Shown here: positions 46,654 through 52,191 of the stretch, piece by piece
Position numbering within the stretch: position 1 is the stretch's first letter
Layout of the letters: each line of letters opens with the position of its first letter
Assembly: GCA_019057475.1 (NCBI GenBank)
Contig: DXJO01000044.1
Span: 1 to 52,191, forward strand
Reading direction: 5' to 3'
Source: Candidatus Thorarchaeota archaeon
GTDB lineage: Archaea > Asgardarchaeota > Thorarchaeia > Thorarchaeales > Thorarchaeaceae
DNA length: 52,191 nt
Program-made: the position numbers and the translations under genes
The notes under the pieces: model-generated
Seen by the model: only the letters and a program-made list of their open reading frames with translations
What the model was told of the DNA's origin: nothing
Databases searched by the model: none

Positions 46654-48552
46654 ATGCGAGCAACCATGAAAAAGTCATCAGCTGTTGTGGCGATTCTTCT
46701 TGTAACTATCGTCCCCCTTGCCATTATTCTACCAATGGCAGCTCCGGCGGAAGCCTGGGGACTTCAAACTCATATGTTCATGGTTTCGGAGGCCATGAGT
46801 CAAATTAGCAACGCAAGCTGGTATGAGGCCTACGGGTACTATGCACCAGAGGTGCTGGCAGGATGTACAACACCCGACCAGGTGTTTCAAGACTGGGACA
46901 ACCATCTATACTATCCCGAAACGGGAGAACACAATGCCCCAACAGCCGCAGCCCGTTGGTTCAACTTTACAAGGGATAACTTCACCGCCGGCAATTGGGA
47001 GGCTGGCTTCTTCGCTGCTGGCGTGATGACGCATTACTTCAGTGACCCTTGCATACCTGTTCATACTGACGACTACTGGCCTGGCCATGTCGGATACGAG
47101 AGCGATATCAATGCCCATCTAGCGGATCTTTTCCTAGACACACCCGACGAGGTAATAATATCCAATGTTTCTCAGTTTGTCATCGACTGCGCGACATACT
47201 CACACGAGTACTACGATACTGTCTATGCTGCGTATGCTGATGAGGAATCTGAAGCGCTTGACACAAATGCAGAGATCAAGACGCTAACCGAAGATTGTCT
47301 ATCGTTAGCTATCAACGGTTGTCTTTCGCTGTTCTATACGCTTTCGCAATACTGCGACGCCCCAGAGATCACGATTACGTACGATTATGTTGCTCTGTTT
47401 GACTACGCACATTCAAATGACTACATAGACTATAGCGGTGCAGACTTGCTGACATCTGTCAACATGACGTTGGCCAGAAACCATTTCGAGATGAAAAAGC
47501 AGGTTTCTGCGTTTGATGCCAGTGCATTGGCCGATGTGGATCTGCTGGTGATAACGTGTGCCCTAGATGCCTATGGTACTGCTGAGCTTGCGGCCATATC
47601 TGATTGGGCTTCTGTGGGGGATAAGACAATCCTACTCACTGGGAGAGGAGATTTCTCAGAGTTTCAGGACACCGCCAGACCTAATCAGGTCCTCGAGGCA
47701 ATCGGGTCGCACATCCGTATCAACGATGACAATGTCTACATGCAAGGGACGTATAACCTATGGTACAACGACCTGACCGTGATACCTCCAGCGAATGAAA
47801 CAATGGATCTCACTCTAGCCGTTACAACAATCACAATGTACTCACCATCCAGTCTGTACTTTACGGATGATGATCCGATACTACCAGTCATCTATGCAGA
47901 CACAACTGCGTATCAGACTGATCAAGTATCTCCTGAGCCCAACGTAGTTTATGATGATACGCAGGATGGCAAGAATGGGCAGCAGATTCCACTCATGGCG
48001 GTGGAGGAAATTGGTGATCTGAGAGTGATAGTTGCAGGGACTACATTTTTCAGCGACTACGACTACGGCAAGTCGGCTCAGTTTAACAACATCCTGCTAA
48101 TGGAGAACTTCCTTGACTGGGCAGCTGGTAACAGATTGACTCGCAACATACCGGATGTAGACGAGGTAGGGCCTAGAATCGCCGACGTGATTTGGGACCC
48201 CGCCTCACCGGAATCGGGCGAATTAGTCAATATCGCTTGCACTGTCACCGACCCTGGAGGCGTTCTAAATGTGTCCTTGGTCTATAACAGTGTGTCAATC
48301 AATATGACACATATTGGTGGGGATGTATACGAGGCCCAGATTCCAGATATCACGGATGGTTCTCTTGACATCGGTGTGCTCGCATATGACAACGATGAGA
48401 ACTCTGCAATCAGGGAATCATTCACAATCGCTTGGGAGGAACCCGCAACTACACCACCCCCCGCACCTCTCGATCCAATGATAGTAGCGATAGCCGGTGT
48501 GGCCGCAGTTATCGTTATCCTGCTAGTGGTGATTGTTCTGAAGAAAAGGTAG
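46654..48552 (+). CDS. Zinc-dependent phospholipase C/P1-nuclease domain + GATase-like domain + Ig-like domain + TM anchor
   Basis: AEA|WGLQTH mature N-terminus, TPD, NHLY, HYFSDPCIPVH, HVGYE; LFDYAHSN; C-terminal TM followed by KKR. Confidence 0.82.
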   Translation: MRATMKKSSAVVAILLVTIVPLAIILPMAAPAEAWGLQTHMFMVSEAMSQISNASWYEAYGYYAPEVLAGCTTPDQVFQDWDNHLYYPETGEHNAPTAAARWFNFTRDNFTAGNWEAGFFAAGVMTHYFSDPCIPVHTDDYWPGHVGYESDINAHLADLFLDTPDEVIISNVSQFVIDCATYSHEYYDTVYAAYADEESEALDTNAEIKTLTEDCLSLAINGCLSLFYTLSQYCDAPEITITYDYVALFDYAHSNDYIDYSGADLLTSVNMTLARNHFEMKKQVSAFDASALADVDLLVITCALDAYGTAELAAISDWASVGDKTILLTGRGDFSEFQDTARPNQVLEAIGSHIRINDDNVYMQGTYNLWYNDLTVIPPANETMDLTLAVTTITMYSPSSLYFTDDDPILPVIYADTTAYQTDQVSPEPNVVYDDTQDGKNGQQIPLMAVEEIGDLRVIVAGTTFFSDYDYGKSAQFNNILLMENFLDWAAGNRLTRNIPDVDEVGPRIADVIWDPASPESGELVNIACTVTDPGGVLNVSLVYNSVSINMTHIGGDVYEAQIPDITDGSLDIGVLAYDNDENSAIRESFTIAWEEPATTPPPAPLDPMIVAIAGVAAVIVILLVVIVLKKR

Positions 48553-49015
48553 GCTCTATTTGAGGTCAGACCACAGTTCTGGCCTCCCCCCCTCAAGGGA
48601 CCCAAGGAAGAGCGCCGTATCTGCCGATATTTTGAGAAGGGGCCGCAGCAGATGCCAAGAACTTGTACAATCCCAGACATTTTGTAGGTGGTTATAACGC
48701 GTGCTCAGGATTGAGTGGTGTGGATGTTCAATGCTGATTGCTAGAGCATGCATGCGATTTGGTCGCCGCCAGTTGAACGGAGACAGAAAACGCTTGTGGA
48801 GAGGACGTGAGACTTGTTGCAGATTCAGCCGGATCTGCAGAGCAGACCTCAATGAATCAGGAACCGAACGCCATTAGGAGGAAAGTCCTAATTGGGTATG
48901 TTTTGGGCAACGGTATGTTATGCCAGTTGAGTTTCAGGGAAAGAGGTGCTGGAAGCGGCTAGTCATTGAAGATGACCTTCAAGAATAGATTCCAACCCCA
49001 GAAGAGATACTAGAA

Positions 49016-49345
49016 ATGATTGAAAGAGCCAAACAGAAGGCAAAGGTGGAACCCAGAGCCAGCAAGAAGCCTGTCATAGTGTCCATGACTATGGCTGATG
49101 ACATTCTGCGGACTCTTGAAATCGCTCTCACAGAAGAGGATGACGACAGTGAAATAGCCGAAGCGAGGGTTCGGACCCACGTCAAAAGGATGCGCCGCGC
49201 CCTCAGCTCCTCGGAGAGCGAGCTCATAGACTATATCAGACTGAATGTTCCGAGTTTTCGGAAACCTATGAAGCAGTTTCTGAGCACAAAGGGACCTGAA
49301 CCTGTAATGCTCAGCCTGAGAATCATCGAATCGACTGCTCAATAG
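49016..49345 (+). CDS. Hypothetical protein
   Basis: Helical charged ORF; the frame extends upstream through a TAG to ATG 48920. Confidence 0.55.
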   Translation: MIERAKQKAKVEPRASKKPVIVSMTMADDILRTLEIALTEEDDDSEIAEARVRTHVKRMRRALSSSESELIDYIRLNVPSFRKPMKQFLSTKGPEPVMLSLRIIESTAQ

Positions 49346-49375
49346 TTTCTCTTAACCAGAATGATGGAGTGGCTA

Positions 49376-50290
49376 TCAGACGTAGAGCGTGCCCTTCATG
49401 ACTGTGACTCCAATTCCGCTGACCTTCACCTGCTCAATACCCTCAGTATCACCCTTCACTTCAACAAACACCGTTCCCGGACGTTCCATGTAATGACCCT
49501 GTTCGATGACGATGCTTGTCACTGGATATGTAGGAGCCATTAGACCGTGACGTATCATGTAGCTTCCTAGGCATCCTGCAGGAGCACCAGAAACCGGATC
49601 TTCTGGGACGCCAAGAGCAGGGATGAAGACACGCGCCTGTGCATCAGACGTCGGTTCACGCACATCCCTTGTGAAGACACAGAGTCCCACAAAGTTACCT
49701 TTCTCACACAATTCCACTAGTGACTGCCAGTCCGGAGAGATTCTGTCAAGGGACTTCTGTGAGGATAATGGAATCATTAGATAGGGAGTTCCTGTGCTGA
49801 CCGTCTCAACTGGATTCGGTGACATGATATCAGCCAGGGAGAGACCCAGAGCATTGGCGTAATTCTTGGGATCGTAGCTCGCGAGAAACTCCGGCTGCGT
49901 ATGCGTAATCTGAACTTCGTGGACGCCGGTGGCTACGTTCTTGACAATCTCTACCGGTAGCAGCCCGGAGTTCGTTTCCAGATTGAATAGGGTCACTTCG
50001 TTGACTATCTCAACAAGACCCTCCTCGACCAAGACGTGGAAAGCAGCAATGGTGGGGTGCCCAGAGAACTCAATCTCACCTTTGGGTGTCATATACCTTA
50101 ATCGATAGTCACCAACACGAGACTTGGAAACAAACACGGTTTCTCGGACATTCATCTCTCTTGCGATCTTGGTCATCGTTTCTGCACTTATTCGGTCGGC
50201 TCCAAGCACGACTGCTGCAGGGTTTCCTTCGTATCGAACATCTGTGAAGACGTCGACCTGTACAACTTGAAGTTCACGGTGTCGGTTCAT
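49376..50290 (-). CDS. PhzF-family isomerase/epimerase
   Basis: QVDVFT...GNPAAV, ETVFV, EIEFSGHPT, VSTG, EDPVSG, IEQG. Confidence 0.9.
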   Translation of the reverse strand: MNRHRELQVVQVDVFTDVRYEGNPAAVVLGADRISAETMTKIAREMNVRETVFVSKSRVGDYRLRYMTPKGEIEFSGHPTIAAFHVLVEEGLVEIVNEVTLFNLETNSGLLPVEIVKNVATGVHEVQITHTQPEFLASYDPKNYANALGLSLADIMSPNPVETVSTGTPYLMIPLSSQKSLDRISPDWQSLVELCEKGNFVGLCVFTRDVREPTSDAQARVFIPALGVPEDPVSGAPAGCLGSYMIRHGLMAPTYPVTSIVIEQGHYMERPGTVFVEVKGDTEGIEQVKVSGIGVTVMKGTLYV

Positions 50291-50631
50291 GTTCTCACGG
50301 CCTGAAGCTATAGTGCTCCCGTATTAATTAACAATCGCATGTGGTAATCACTGAGGAAAGAAGAATGAGAAGGTGGCGGTCATCTAGGTAATCGTGGTAG
50401 GAGGGGGGAGTTTCGTAATTGAGGGCATGTAACGAAAAACTAGCCCAAATGACCGCCTTTGCTTTATCAGTCATAGCAGGATATAACCCTCGAATCCTAC
50501 CATGTCCAGAACATTGTGCAACCTGCCGTCTTATTAAACCTTCCATGCGTTGAACTTCAATTCCTACGTGTATTTGCGTTTAATCCGAGTTTAACAGCAG
50601 GCTCATCTTCGACGCATTTCATGTCGGGAGC

Positions 50632-50667
50632 AAAGAGAAAGGGAGAAGCCCCCCGTAAGGGAGGCTC
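50632..50667 (-). terminator. Hairpin plus pyrimidine tract after tes
   Basis: Minus strand GAGCCTCCC-TTAC-GGGGGGCTT then CTCCCTTTCTCTTT. Confidence 0.65.
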
Positions 50668-50693
50668 ATAGTGATTACTGCAGGGATCTCGGA

Positions 50694-52191
50694 TTACGCA
50701 CCGGTATACGGTTTGGAGAGGCTGTCTTCCTCGACCTGTGTGGGCCTGTGACCAGCTCGCCACTCCTTGACTGGCACCGAGAACTTCTTTTCCACTCGAG
50801 ACCTGTGAATCGTATTCATTGTGCAGAATGGGATTATCCTGCCGTCCGGCACAGCGTAGTTAATGTCACAATGTTGCACACGCTCTAGGTCCAAATTGTA
50901 TGGATCCTGGAAGTGCATCATTCCAATCATGATTATCCGCTTCATGAATTGTGAGAGGGCATCGTAATTGCCGGTCTTCAGGAATGCGTTCACAAGCCCC
51001 TTGAGCATGCTCTTATCCTTGACGTGGCGAAGACCCACCGCAATTTTTGCCTTGGCCCGTTTGCTAGCGCCTTTCTTCTTATCCGCATAGATATTCGAGA
51101 TATCCACGAACAGATCGATAAACTTGTCAATATCAATCACGTCAGTAATTGGTCTGTAGCTCCCGTCATCATCGATGTAGATGAAAGTGGACATTCCACA
51201 AGCGAAGTGTGTACCGAGTTCAAGGTGGGGGCTACCCTTTATGAAACCCAGTCCGCGACCAAGAGGCATCATCGAAGGCACAGTAAACCATTCTGAGGCG
51301 GGGATCCGACCTCCGGTCTGTTCCTCGATTAACTTGATGACATCGGGGATAGTGATTCGCATCTCTTTGCGCGCATCGTGATCAATCCGCCCAGTGATAC
51401 TTACAGGTTGGAAGTTGACGCAGCGAATTACATCTCGGTTCTCCACGGCGAACTCAATGATTCCTCCAACTTGGTCTTCGTTCACGCCGCGAACCACTGT
51501 CGGGACTAGGATGAGAGAATGCATACCAATCTCACGAGCGTTCTGTATGGCCTGCTTCTTCACAGGCAGGATGTTGCTGCCTCTGGCTGCAATGTATGGC
51601 TCCGGTGTAACGCCGTCAAATTGCATATAGATCGTTGAAAGGCCTGCGTCACGAAGCTCTTGCAGGTACGCCTTGCTCTTGCCAATTCTGATGGCATTAC
51701 TGGCAATCTGAACATTCACGAAACCTAGCTGCTTTGCCCATTTGATGTATTGCGGCAGGTGCTTGCTAACGGTTGGCTCTCCGCCCGCAAACTGGAGAGC
51801 GGGCGTAGTAACTGGCAGATTCCTCCGAAGGTTTCTCATCATCTCAAGGACTTCCTCCGGCGAGGGTTCATACACAGTACCTCCTTCCGCAGCCACTGCG
51901 AAACAGATTGGGCACCGCAAGTTGCAGCGATTAGTAACATCTAGCAAAGCGAGAGCTGTATGGGTCTTGTGTTCTGGACACTGACCACAGTCCTCAGGAC
52001 AGCCCTTCACGGTCTTGGTCCTAGGATTATCGAGGCCCACTGTCTTATACCACCGTTTCTGAGCCTTTCTCCACATGTCTGCGTCGCCCCAGTAGACATC
52101 AATGAACTCACCGTGCTTCTCGCAGGTCTTCTTGTACATGACCTTGCCGTCCTCTTCATAGAGGGTAGCATCTATCACATTTACTTCATCA
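50694..52191 (-). CDS. tes: Radical SAM tetraether lipid synthase (Tes/GDGT-MAS family), 5' end outside the window
   Basis: KTCEKHG, CPEDCGQCPEH, CNLRCPIC, GGEPT, NFQPVS, MHFQDPYN, CDINY...IIPFC; the frame is open to the window edge. Confidence 0.85.
   Translation of the reverse strand, partial: DEVNVIDATLYEEDGKVMYKKTCEKHGEFIDVYWGDADMWRKAQKRWYKTVGLDNPRTKTVKGCPEDCGQCPEHKTHTALALLDVTNRCNLRCPICFAVAAEGGTVYEPSPEEVLEMMRNLRRNLPVTTPALQFAGGEPTVSKHLPQYIKWAKQLGFVNVQIASNAIRIGKSKAYLQELRDAGLSTIYMQFDGVTPEPYIAARGSNILPVKKQAIQNAREIGMHSLILVPTVVRGVNEDQVGGIIEFAVENRDVIRCVNFQPVSITGRIDHDARKEMRITIPDVIKLIEEQTGGRIPASEWFTVPSMMPLGRGLGFIKGSPHLELGTHFACGMSTFIYIDDDGSYRPITDVIDIDKFIDLFVDISNIYADKKKGASKRAKAKIAVGLRHVKDKSMLKGLVNAFLKTGNYDALSQFMKRIIMIGMMHFQDPYNLDLERVQHCDINYAVPDGRIIPFCTMNTIHRSRVEKKFSVPVKEWRAGHRPTQVEEDSLSKPYTGA

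Overview
Archaeal DNA, most likely an Asgard archaeon (Thorarchaeia-like), inferred from two Rab-like small GTPases flanking a WD40 gene and a HEAT/appendage gene, plus TgtA, PolB2 and Tes. The first ~3.1 kb is an island of surface-protein genes punctuated by three remnants of the 3' end of an initiator-type tRNA-Met. About 3.1-19.5 kb is an integrated plasmid-like element with no recognisable capsid or conjugation genes. It carries a tyrosine integrase, a repeat-bearing wHTH protein, a primase-less SF3 (D5-like) helicase, a stand-alone Spo11/Topo VI-A homologue fused to a long coiled coil, a PIP-box microprotein facing its own PCNA-like clamp, a ParB-like protein, an RHH regulator with operator-like repeats, and surface cargo. 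The host part has a Rab-WD40-HEAT/appendage-Rab cluster, PPB2-PolB2, a C1 cluster (metV-[SBP]-metF-mtrH-mtrA-mtrH-marker14-cofE-larC), hflX, tgtA, an Fe3+-type ABC transporter, two anchored surface proteins (one a Zn-phospholipase C/nuclease), a PhzF-family gene and a 5'-truncated tetraether synthase. The best candidates for an undescribed system are the element's Spo11-like/helicase/PIP/PCNA module, the tRNA-remnant-delimited cassette array and the double-MtrH methyl-transfer module. All calls come from reading motifs by eye; no searches were run.
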